A stretch of DNA of 64,000 bases from Macrostomum lignano (Eukaryota), in assembly GCA_002269645.1 (NCBI GenBank), contig NIVC01001716.1, positions 147,434-211,433 on the forward strand. The letters run 5' to 3'. The position numbers and the translations under genes were made by a program. Under the pieces are notes generated by a model. It saw only the letters and a list, made by a program, of their open reading frames with translations. It ran no database searches and was not told the DNA's origin. Below are positions 12,880-24,500 of the stretch, one piece after another (position 1 is the stretch's first letter; each line of letters opens with the position of its first letter).

Positions 12880-13800
12880 GATCAGTTTCCTCTGCGCGCG
12901 AGCTCTCTGAAGGCGGCAAACAGCGTGTGACTGGTCGATCACCCCAGCGTCATCCAAGCCAGGCAATCCACGTAGCGGCGCGTCCGGCCAAAAAACCCGG
13001 CGCCAGGGTGCCCTGCATCGTGAGCAGCAAGACGTGCTGCACCAATTGAGGGCGCAGTAGTGTAGGCCTCCGCACGGATAGTGTGGCACGGCAGTTGAAG
13101 TCTTCGCCTACGTAGGGTCTCGCTAGGTGGTCGCAGCCCTGCGCGCTGGAAGAGGGCTGCGACGGAGATTGCATCCGGATATTTGATGCTGAAGACGACT
13201 CGCAGCAGGCCCGAGTGTGCTGCGACTAGCCGCTTCTTCAGAGTCTCGGTCAGCTCCCATGTCTTAGTGTTGTAGGCCAGAACGTTTCGACTACCGCCTG
13301 AAACAGCCGAGACCTCAAGCGGTCTGACAGCGCGGCGTTCTGCAGGACCACCCGGATAGAACGGAAGGCCGCCCAGGCCAGGCCTCTGCGTTGCACCAAA
13401 TCCTCCTGGACAATGGGCACTGAGTTGCTGCATGACCGTCGACGCCCCTGCAGGTGATGTTGATAGGCAGCTTCGCAGGTAAAGTCATCACAGCTCTGTC
13501 TTCTCGATGTTCACCGCTAGCCTGACCGATCCCGCAGATGCTACAAAGCTGTTTAGCATGCGCTGGGCTCCCTCAGCCATACAGTCGAGCAGCGCCAGGT
13601 CGTCGGCGTAACCCTCTGGGGGGTGACTGAGTTGTTCTCTGGCACAGCAGGAAGCCGTCCTCATCTGTTGGCTGAATCCTCCGCAGCACCCAATAGAGAA
13701 CTTTTTAGCACCTCAGAGGTCGTGTTGAACAGGTCGGACAGTACGTCAGGCGTCACCACGGCGGCTAGGGTCTCCTGGTAGAGAGCTATGGTTGCTGCGA
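12880..13800 (-). mobile_element. RTE-clade non-LTR retrotransposon 3' fragment (RT C-terminus)
   Basis: YADDLALL, VNIEKTEL, YNTKTWELT, LLRVVFSIKY, RRRRLQL..H..R on the minus strand across frames. Confidence 0.8.
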
Positions 13801-13844
13801 TTGGTCGCTCTGGCACGTGATACTGCAACTCCATCATCAAGGCT

Positions 13845-14492
13845 TTGCTACAGGAGGGCAGTGCGAAAAGACGAGTAACGAGCGCTTACCAGCCTCAGAC
13901 GAATGGACAAACTGAGAGGCTAAACCAAACGTGCCTCAGTCTGCTTCGTAAGGCTTGCAACTCCCCAACTGACATTAACTGGGAACGGCACCTGGACGCA
14001 ATCCAACTGGCTTACAACAGCAGGCGCAATTCGACGACTCTGGCTTCGCCTTTCAGTGCTGTTTTTGGCTTTAAGCCTCTGCTTGGAAGCGATGCGGCGG
14101 CTGCTCTCGGCCAGCCTGCGTCGTCTCCAGCATCAGTGCAACGACGATGGCTTGTGGAAAAAGAGCAGCAGCGCGCAGCTGTGGCCTCCAGGCTGGCGGA
14201 CAGAATCAAAATTGCCCAACAGCGAATGCGGGAACGTCACGCGAGGATTGCCAAGGAAGTGGAGACAATCAACCCTGGCATGCTTGTTAGACTTCGCAAT
14301 TACCTTCGCGACGATCGAAAAAGCGGAAAACTTCTGTCCATTTGGAGCGACTTGGACCTAGTGTGGAGATGCGTGGGACTAAGCGTCTACCAGTTGACTG
14401 GCCTAAAGCGCTGTGTCAATGGAGTACATCTGAAGCGATGCAGGACGCCGGCCGAACCTTATAGTCGAATTGCTTCCCAAATATTTTGGTGA
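13845..14492 (+). mobile_element. Gypsy integrase C-terminal fragment (different element from 5969-9894)
   Basis: TSAYQPQTNGQTERLNQT, W...L..IQLAYNS...STTLASPF..VFG, and GPY/F-like tail ...VNGVHLKR. Confidence 0.85.
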
Positions 14493-15728
14493 CTTTAACT
14501 AATTGATTTTTACCCATGCAAAGTCTTGCTGATATCAATTAGCTATCTAAGGCTGATCGTGCTTCTTAGAAGCTGTATTTTATGTTAGTTAAAAATAAAA
14601 ACAACAATTGTCTTGGAATTCTTCCAATTTGGTACTTATTGCTTCTTTGCTTTGAAAATATTAAACTGACAAATTGTTCATTGATCCGGACTTCACAATC
14701 AGGATATCGCAAAGAAAACCTTAGTTTTTTGGCCAGATACTTCGTATTTCAATCTGCTTGTGACTTCCGTGGGGAGAGAATGCAAGTACTCCGGAGAACG
14801 CAAAGCAGCTTGAGAAATCTGGACCGGATACTTTAAGATGCTTGGAATATCTGGGGGAGATCAGAAAGCCCTTGCAATGTCCGGTTGGAGATCAGAAAGT
14901 ACTTGCACTGTCTGGGCGGATAACACAAGACACGGATATCCGAAAGCATATCACCGGGATCTCGTCGTCAAGGACCACTAAAAGTTACCTGTACAATGGT
15001 ATAACTTCTAGTGGTCATTGGACCTCGTCTTGGACCTAGCCAACAATTAAAGCATCTGCAAAGCATAAATGAGTGTATGTGAGGGTGTTAACATATACCA
15101 GTACGTATAATGAATTCATCTTGTTTATTTATTTATTAGGTCTAAAGCATCGCTGTCTCTTGATCCATCCATATCCACTTTTGAGGTGCTGGTTGTGGCC
15201 ACACACAGCGACTCCTGTATCGATATACTAAAATGAATCCATATGAATTTGTACAACAGGTACAGGGCATAATAATACATACATAAGTAGGCTTATGACA
15301 GAGGTTCAAACTGTGCACGTCATGCATAAAAAACTATTGATATAAAAAATGTTTTGTGAATTATCACTTCTCTTGTGCTAAAACTGTACAATAATGTATA
15401 ATTTGGCGATAATTTATTCGTTCAGCGATATGATTACATCAAATAATTTAATATCTGTTCAAATGAGCGTTCCAGTAATGCGTTTAATTGTGAGTTGAAT
15501 CGTAAGAATTCAGGTGTAAATTCGAAGTTGTGAGTGTGGAAGAAAATATTAGTATAAGATTCCAATAGTTGCGATGGAGCCTAAGAAAATACTCGTATTT
15601 GGGCATTCAATAAACATTTAATTAGCGCATGCAAGAAACAGTGAAGGAACACCGAGGTTTGTAAGCAGAGGCAGAGGAAAACGGACTACTCGTATTCATA
15701 GTAGCTATCAGCATGGATTCAACTCTGT

Positions 15729-18684
15729 CTAAACAGTGCCTTCAGAATTCTTGCCGGACTCAATTCCAGCCGTGATGTCAACCTGATTCCGTTTCACACA
15801 GCAGCAGCCGCAGATGCGGGACAGCAGCCGGTCGTACGGCGCCAGAGAGCGCAGCGGCTCCGGCAGGAAGTCCCAGGTGCGCAGAAACTCTGGCAGCCAG
15901 TCGGGTCTGTGCGTCTGCAGCAAGCCAACAACGCCAGCTACCAGCATCGGTGCAACCAACAGGCCAAACGCGACGTAGACGGCGGCGGTATGCAGCAGCG
16001 ACAGGGCGAAGAACATCAGCGGTAGCAGCAGGAATGCAATCAGGATGTAGACGATAGCGAACCAACGATAAGCGGCGGTGGCAGCGCCGAGCTTCTTTGC
16101 CAGCGCGATCGGGACGCGTTTCAGTAATGGCACTGGCAGCCAGATCAGCACGCCGAACAAGTTGAAGAACAGGTGCACCAGCGCCGTCTGCAGGCTGGAG
16201 TCGCTGCCGGAGGCCAGAGCGGCCAGCAGGCCGGTTGTGGTGGTGCCGAGGTTCGACCCCAGCGCGAGCGGGTACATGATTTCCACCGTGATCACTCCGG
16301 TGCCAACAAGAGGAGTCAGGGCTGACGTCAGTACAGATGACGACTGGACCAGTATTGTCAGACCGGCGCCAACCAGCAGCGATATGTAGTCCATGGCGAA
16401 CAGCAGGCAGCGATTCTCCGTGCGTGTCACCCTCTCGATAGTCGTCTTGACTTTGCTCTCCAGCAGCGAGCGCAGGATTCGAACTAGGCCAACTAGGCAG
16501 CCAATCAGAGCGGCGAGCGACAAGGCCAGTAGGATGCCCCCAATGATGGCGTCCGCCCAGTGACCGGCAACTTCCATGAACATAAACTGGCCTGTTGCGT
16601 GTGGATGGTTTAAATAACAGGTATTTTGTGCGGAACTGATTAAGCAGAGATATAACGACAGTTTTGTGAATGTTGCTAAATAAAATTCGGTAGAGTAGAT
16701 AAGCAGAAAGCAAAATAGGATGTCAGCCTAAGCACCGGAATGAAGTCCCAAGTAAAGTTCCGAATGCAATTAGTAGCTTGTGCTGAGCCCTTTATCCCCT
16801 GGGGAGCCCAACAAGTGACGGACCTGTATGGGATTTCTCATCCTTTCTAGTAGACTAGAATTCCTGGTCCCTGGTTTGATTCCGTGCCAAGGACCACTGA
16901 AGTCACTTCGTTAAACTTAAGTAGCCCTTGTTCCGTTCGTAGTCCCTTTCATAACTAGGGTTTTGAATTCACAGCCAAGGACCACTGAAGTCACTTCTTA
17001 AGTAGTCCTTATTCACAGCCATGAGTACCAAGCTGTGCTCATACTCCCTAAGGAACAGACAGTGTACATCTCTTGACGATTAGAAAGTCAGGGCCGCTGT
17101 ACACCCTGTGTGAGCGTGTGTATGAGTGCGTGCCTGCGTACAATATTGGGGAGCTTGTATGTCCTCAGAAGTCAACGGAACGGGCAGAACTGTCTCAGCG
17201 CTGGTTGTGGGACGATGTCGCTGGAATGCGTTGCGCCTACGGCCCTCCCCCGCAACGCACTTATACGCTCGTAAATGTTATGGCAGTCTATTTGGTGCAG
17301 TGGTTTACTCCAGTCTCCATTTGGGTGTGCTTAAGTTGACATCCTGTCCATTAAATGCTTCTGGATATTGGATTAATTGCGTGGTGGAAAATCGCGTAGA
17401 ACACGCTCTCCTACATGTATACTGTTGGTAGTAAATCAAGTTTTTCTCATGCGCGTTTAAACTCACATTTCTCAAGGCAGGTACTATTTGAGGTCTTGCA
17501 GCAGACTTTAATTAGCGTACTACTGTTCCGAAGAAGCTCCGGGTCCTTCAGCAGCTTGCTGTCCAACCTAATCACCAGACCAGTGAACGGGGAAGTGATG
17601 GCTTTGAGAAAGTCGGGCGGTTTGTCCACATTGATGGTGCTGTTGGCGTTGCTGTTCACGATGAGGCCAGTCAGGCTGGTGAGGGCTCCGCTGGCCATCT
17701 CCAGGGGCAGCAGGACCAGCACAGTCAGCCAGTTGAACATGTCGTGCACTGTGGCACCGGCGAACGCGCGCTCGAGTTCTTCTCGGTCGCCGATCTGGCC
17801 CAGAGAGACAATCGTGTTGGTGACCGTAGTGCCGATGTTGGCCCCCATGATCATGTACACCGAGGAGCGCAGCTCCAGGATCTGGGCGCCGACCATTGTG
17901 ATGATCAGCGAAGTGGAAGTTGACGAGCTCTGCACCAGGACGGTAAGCAGGACGCCCATCATCAGGCAGGCGACGGGGTTGGCGAACACGACGTTGTTGG
18001 ACAGCAGCTCGCCAACCTGACGGCCACCGAGCAGGCGGAAGGCGGAGCTCATGAGGTCGAGTGAGCACACGAAGAAGTACAGGCAGAGAAGCAGAGCCAG
18101 TAGTCGTAGGACGAGCAAAGCGACTCGGAGAGCTAGCGGTCTCTTTGACTGAGTCGACTCATCGGTTGATTCATCGCTCTGCTTTGATGTTGCCGCAATT
18201 TTTTTTCAATTGGCACTGGCTCGTCGAATATATCGGCTTGCTTGCAGATGGTCACGGTGCTGGAAATTGTTGGGAGGGTTCATCAAAGGCTGAAACTGAC
18301 TGCTTACACCTAAAATAGCTAGAGAACAGAAGCAAGCAGACCCCACAGAGACAAGGTGACCATCCAGGAGCACTAGGTTGTCGAATACTTAGATGCCAAG
18401 ACTTATGGGGAATGCTGAGATGCCAAGACTCAAGGGGAATGCTGATGATGCCAAGACTCAAGGGGAATGCTGAGATGCCAAGACTCAATGGGAATGCTGA
18501 GATGCCAAGACTCAAGGTGGGAATGCTGAGATGCCAAGACTCAAGGTTGGAATGCTGAGATGCCAAGGCTCAAGGTGGGAATGCTGAGATGCCGAGGTAA
18601 AAGTTTAATTTCCGCTAAAGCCGCATTGGCCACAACAGCAGAAAAGGACAGCACTGATGCTTACCTATCAGTCGTTGATTCCAT
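15729..18684 (-). CDS. slc34a: SLC34 (NaPi-II) sodium-phosphate cotransporter, copy 2; exons 18684-18665, 18259-17467, 16591-15729; ~558 aa if a 1-nt loss in an A-run near 18199-18206 is corrected
   Basis: ORFs 17447-18118 and 15729-16583 carry both SLC34 QSSS repeats and TM helices. Splice sites are conserved with copy 1. Exon 2 is 793 nt (794 needed): 8 A instead of 9 gives an in-frame TGA. Confidence 0.88.
18405..18595. repeat. 27-29-bp minisatellite (GGGAATGCTGAGATGCCAAGACTCAA) in SLC34 copy 2 intron 1
   Basis: About 7 tandem units; single-copy counterpart at ~2133-2157 in copy 1. Confidence 0.93.
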
Positions 18685-19227
18685 TGTGGCGTTGATGAGT
18701 TGAAGGAATTTCTTGGAGCACAGACGGTCTAGCAAATGTTGGAATTAGTTCCGCTTTTTTTGATTCGAGCACAAATCCGCAGGCTGTCGCATATTTATAC
18801 CCAAGCCGGACGCCAGTGCTGCTTATCGTGTCCATTAGTGACGGGCGCACACAGGGGGTTTGCTCATAAATTCTATGCAGGTAGCAATGCAATACGAATG
18901 GCAATCTGGCTAAGAGTTCAGTCACGCGGCACTCTCGTGGCCTGCGGTGCGGTTGGCCCAACACAAATTGACCACCACAATCAGCAGATCGCCTTGGTAT
19001 AAAGTGATTTCAAACACATATACAAAGTTCGATCCATGTCACTGGTGGCAGCGAGGCGCGCGCAGAAAACTTGGCGAGACTTATTAATTTTTTTCACACG
19101 CCATGAATTTTTACAAGCTAATAAGTTTTGGCGACACACCCACAGCTAGTGCAGAAACCGGAGTGCCAAGTGGTTATAGCTGGATATTGGCTTTTATGCT
19201 GCTTAAAAATTATCATTTATCCAGTCT

Positions 19228-19640
19228 GTACATTATCCTACATCCAGTATGCACATTATCCTACATCCAGTATGCACATTATCCTACATCCAGTATGTAC
19301 ATTATCCTACATCCAGTATGCACATTATCCTATATTCAGTATGAACATTATCCTACATCCAGTATGTACATTATCCTACATCCAGTATGCACATTATCCT
19401 ATATTCAGTATGAACATTATCCTACATCCAGTATGTACATTATCCTACATCCAGTATGCACATAATCCTACATCCAGTATGCACATTATCCTACATCCAG
19501 TATGCACATTATCCTATATTCAGTATGTACATTATCCTACATCCAGTATGTACATTATCCTACATCCAGTATGCACATTATCCTATATTCAGTATGCACA
19601 TTATCCTACGCCCAGTATGCACATTATCCATATATCCAGT
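19228..19640. repeat. 23-bp minisatellite (ACATTATCCTACATCCAGTATGC)
   Basis: Direct tandem copies; explains the spurious ORFs at 19103-19684. Confidence 0.96.
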
Positions 19641-20091
19641 TGAAACATTATCCTAAATTTAGTAACACATTTGCCAACAAATAGCCAACACATTAGCCTT
19701 TACCTCCCTTGTACATTACCCTCAATCTAAGCACATACACCCCAAAAGGTACATGTAGCTTGAACTTTCAATAAATAAATTTGCAAGCAGAGACAAATAA
19801 AATAAATTACCATTCGCACCTTCAGCCCCGTATTATTATACTTAAATCTTGTTTTCTAAACATGTGCACCCAGTTGGAGTTTAGTCAGAAACAGGAAAAT
19901 TGTGTTATTTATTGCCAGAAAAATAATTGCAGACCTACTCGTATTGCGCGCAGTTTCCACAGAGTATTTTTCGCTGGCCTGGCACTTTACGATTGAAAAG
20001 CACAACAATTAAGCGAAACAATTCTTACCTTGCAGATTTTTATGACCAAAGAAATATTGTATTAACTTTAATTAATTTGCCTACATCTGGT

Positions 20092-21058
20092 ATCGCATTA
20101 GCTTACATCAGGCATCACATTAGCCTACATCAGGCATCACATTAGCCTACATCAGGCATCACATTAGACTATATCAGGCATCACATTAGACTACGTCAGG
20201 CATCACATTAGACTATATCAGGCATCACACTAGACTACATCAGGCATCACACTAGACTACGTCAGGCATCACACTAGACTACGTCAGGCATCACACTAGA
20301 CTACGTCAGGCATCACATTAGACTATATCAGGCATCACACTAGACTACATCAGGCATCACACTAGACTACGTCAGGCATCACATTAGACTACATCAGGCA
20401 TCACACTAGACTACGTCAGGCATCACATTAGACTACATCAGGAATCACATTAGACTACATCAGGCATCACATTAGCCTACATCAGGCATCACATTAGCCT
20501 ACATCAGGCATCACATTAGACTATATCAGGCATCACACTAGACTACATCAGGCATCACATTAGCCTACATCAGGCATCACAATAGACTACATCAGGCATC
20601 ACACTAGACTACATCAGGCATCACATTAGCCTACATCAGGCATCACATTAGCCTACATCAGGCATCACATTAGACTACATCAGGCATCACACTAGACTAC
20701 ATCAGGCATCACATTAGCCTACATCAGGCATCACATTAGACTACATCAGGCATCACACTAGACTACATCAGGCATCACATTAGACTACATCAGGCATCAC
20801 ATTAGCCTACATCAGGCATCACATTAGCCTACATCAGGCATCACATTAGACTATATCAGGCATCACATTAGACTACATCAGGCATCACATTAGACTATAT
20901 CAGGCATCACATTAGACTACATCAGGCATCACATTAGCCTACATCAGGCATCACATTAGCCTACATCAGGCATCACATTAGCTTACATCAGGCATCACAT
21001 TAGCCTACATCAGGCATCACATTAGCCTACATCAGGCGTCACATTAGCCTACATCAGA
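20092..21058. repeat. 22-bp minisatellite (TAG[A/C]CTACATCAGGCATCACAY), paralogue of 2624-3323
   Basis: Direct tandem copies. Confidence 0.97.
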
Positions 21059-21519
21059 CAATAAACTTGCCCGATAAAGTTAGATTTACTCAAGAAACTC
21101 TATCACAGAAGAGTGCACCCAGACATACCGATAATAACCCAGATAGTGCAACTGACACAAGTGAATTCAACAGTTCAGTGCAAAGTTGCACCCCATGAAT
21201 TCAAAAAATTTGCCCGATAAGATCGAGTCTCGAAAACTTATATAAATAGACTTCATAAGGAATTCACTGTCGTGCAACACGAGTGTTTATCACGTTCATA
21301 CATTTACTTTATTTAACTTTTTGAGGTTCGAAGTTAGAAAAAAAATTGATAAAACCTGCACAAATACACACGAATAACTGATGCAGGACCCTGCAAAGTT
21401 CGCTGGAGGCAAAAAATGAACATTGATAAGAAACGCTTGAATATATTTAAGGTTTTTTATCACTAAGTTAAATATATTGGTTCCATCAATTTGACTCGTA
21501 AGTTTATTTTTTGGCGGCG

Positions 21520-24500
21520 GCGTCCCTAACAAAGAGACGGCGTCCCCAAAACCAAGAAACACCGTCCAGAACCAAGAGACAGCGTCCCGAGAAATTAGAG
21601 ACGGCATCCCCAACCCAGAGACAGCGTCCCCAACAAAACGACAGCGTCTCCAGAACTAAGATGCAGCGTCCCTATCCAAGAGACAGCGTCCCTAGAACTA
21701 AGAGACGGCGTCCCCAACCAAGAGACAGCGTCCCCAACAAAACGACAGCGTCTCCAGAACTAAGATGCAGCGTCCCTATCCAAGAGACAGCGTCCCTAGA
21801 ACTAAGAGACGGCGTCCCCAACCAAGACACAGCGTCCCTATCCAAGAGACAGCGTCCCGAGAACTTAGAGACGGCGTCCCCAACCCAGAGACAGCGTCCC
21901 CAACCAAGAGACAGCGTCACTAGAACTAAGAGACGGCGTCCTTAATTAAGAGACAGCGTCCCCAACCAAGAGACAGTGTCCCAAACCCAGAGACAGCGTC
22001 CCCAACAAAACGACAGCGTCTCCGGAACTTAGATGCAGCGTCCCTATCCAAGAGACGGCGTCTCCAACCAAGAGACAGAGTCCCCAACAAAACGACAGCG
22101 ACTCCGGAACTTAGATGCAGCGTCCCTATCCAAGAGACAGCGTCCCCAACCAAGAAAAAACCAAGAACTAAGATGCAGCGTCCCTATCCAAGAGACAGCG
22201 TCCCTAGAACTAAGAGACGGCGTCCCCAACCAAGAGACAGCGTCCCTAGAACTAAGAGACGGCGTCCCCAACAAAACGACAGCGTCTTCGGAACTAAGAT
22301 GCAGCGTCCCTATCCAAGAGACAGCGTCCCTATCCAAGAGGCAGCGTCCCTAGAACTAAGAGACGGTGTCCCCAACCCAGAGACAGCGTCCCCAACAAAA
22401 CGACAGCGTCTTCGGAACTAAGATGCAGCGTCCCTATCCAAGAGACAGCGTCCCTAGAACTAAGAGACGGCGTCCCCAACCAAGAGACAGCGTCTCTAGA
22501 ACTAAGAGACAGCGTCCCCATCAAAGACACAGCGTCCCCAACCAAGAGACAGCGTCCCCAACAAAACGACAGCGTCTCCAGAACTAAGATGCAGCGTCCC
22601 TATCCAAGAGACAGCGTCCCTAGAACTAAGAGACGGCCTCCCTAGAACTAAGAGACGGCGTCCCCAACCAAGAGACAGCGTCCCCATCAAAGACACAGCG
22701 TCCCCAACCAAGAGACAGCGTCCCTAGAACTAAGAGACGGCGTCCTTAATTAAGAGACAGCGTCCCCAACAAAACGACAGCGTCTCCGGAACTTAGATGC
22801 AGCGTCCCTATCCAAGAGACAGCGTCTCCAACCAAGAGACAGCGTCCCCAACAAAACGACAGCGTCTCCGGAACTTAGATGCAGCGTCCCTATCCAAGAG
22901 ACAGCGTCTCCAACCAAGAGACAGCGTCCCCAACAAAACGACAGCGTCTCCGGAACTTAGATGCAGCGTCCCTATCCAAGAGACAGCGTCCCTAGAACTA
23001 AGACACGGCGTCCTTAACCAAGAGACAGCGTCCCTAGAACTAAGAAACGGCGTCCCCAACAAAACGACAGCGTCTTCGGAACTAAGATGCAGCGTCCCTA
23101 TCCAAGAGACAGCGTCCCTAGAACTAAGAGATGGCCTCCCTAGAACTAAGAGACGGCGTCCCCAACCAAGAGACAGCGTCCCCATCAAAGACACAGCGTC
23201 CCCAACCAAGAGACAGCGTCCCTAGAACTAAGAGACGGCGTCCTCAATTAAGAGACAGCGTCCCCAACCAAGAGACAGTGTCCCGAACCCAGAGACAGCG
23301 TCCCCAACAAAACGACAGCGTCTCCGGAACTTAGATGCAGCGTCCCTATCCAAGAGACAGCGTCTCCAACCAAGAGACAGCGTCCCCAACAAAACGACAG
23401 CGTCTCCGGAACTTAGATGCAGCGTCCCTATCCAAGAGACAGCGTCCCTAGAACTAAGAGATGGCGTCCCTAGAACTAAGAGACAGCGTCCCCATCAAAG
23501 ACACAGCGTCCCCAACCAAGAGACAGCGTCCGCAACAAAACGACAGCGTCTCCAGAACTAAGATGCAGCGTCCCTATCTAAGAGACAGCGTCCCTAGAAC
23601 TAAGAGACGGCGTCCTTAATTAAGAGACAGCGTCCCCAACCAAGAGACAGTGTCCCGAACCCAGAGACAGCGTCCCCAACAAAACGACAGCGTCTCCGGA
23701 ACTTAGATGCAGCGTCCCTATCCAAGAGACAGCGTCTCCAACCAAGAGACAGCGTCCCCAACAAAACGACAGCGTCTCCGGAACTAAGAGACGGCGTCCC
23801 TAGAACTAAGAGACAGCGTCCCCATCAAAGAGACAGCGTCCCCAACTAAGAAACAGCGTCCCTAGAACTAAGAGACGGCGTCCCCAACCAAGAGACAGCG
23901 TCTCTAGAACTAAGAGACAGCGTCTCCATCAAAAACACAGCGTCCCCAACCAAGAGACAGCGTCCCCAACAAAACGACAGCGTCTCCAGAACTAAGATGC
24001 AGCGTCCCTATCCAAGAGACAGCGTCCCTAGAACTAAGAGACGGCGTCCCCAACAAAACGACAGCGTCTTCGGAACTAAGATGCAGCGTCCTTATCCAAG
24101 AGACAGCGTCCCTATCCAAGAGACAGCGTCCCTAGAACAAAGTGACGGCGTCCCCAACCAAGAGACAGCGTCTCTAGAACTAAGAGACGGCGTCCCCCAC
24201 CAAGAGACAGCGTCCCCATCAAAGACACAGCGTCCCCAACCAAGAGACAGCGTCCCCAACAAAACGACAGCGTCTCCAGAACTAAGATGCAGCGTCCCTA
24301 TCCAAGAGACAGCGTCCCTAGAACTAAGAGACGGCGTCCCCAATCAAGAGACAGCGTCCCTAGAACTAAGAGACGGCGTCCCCAACAAAACGACAGCGTC
24401 TTCGGAACTAAGATGCAGCGTCCTTATCCAAGAGACAGCGTCCCTATCCAAGAGACAGCGTCCCTAGAACAAAGTGACGGCGTCCCCAACCAAGAGACAG

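Noticed and set aside
14582-15327. Short ORFs downstream of SLC34 copy 2
   Set aside because: No recognisable homology; lengths are compatible with chance.
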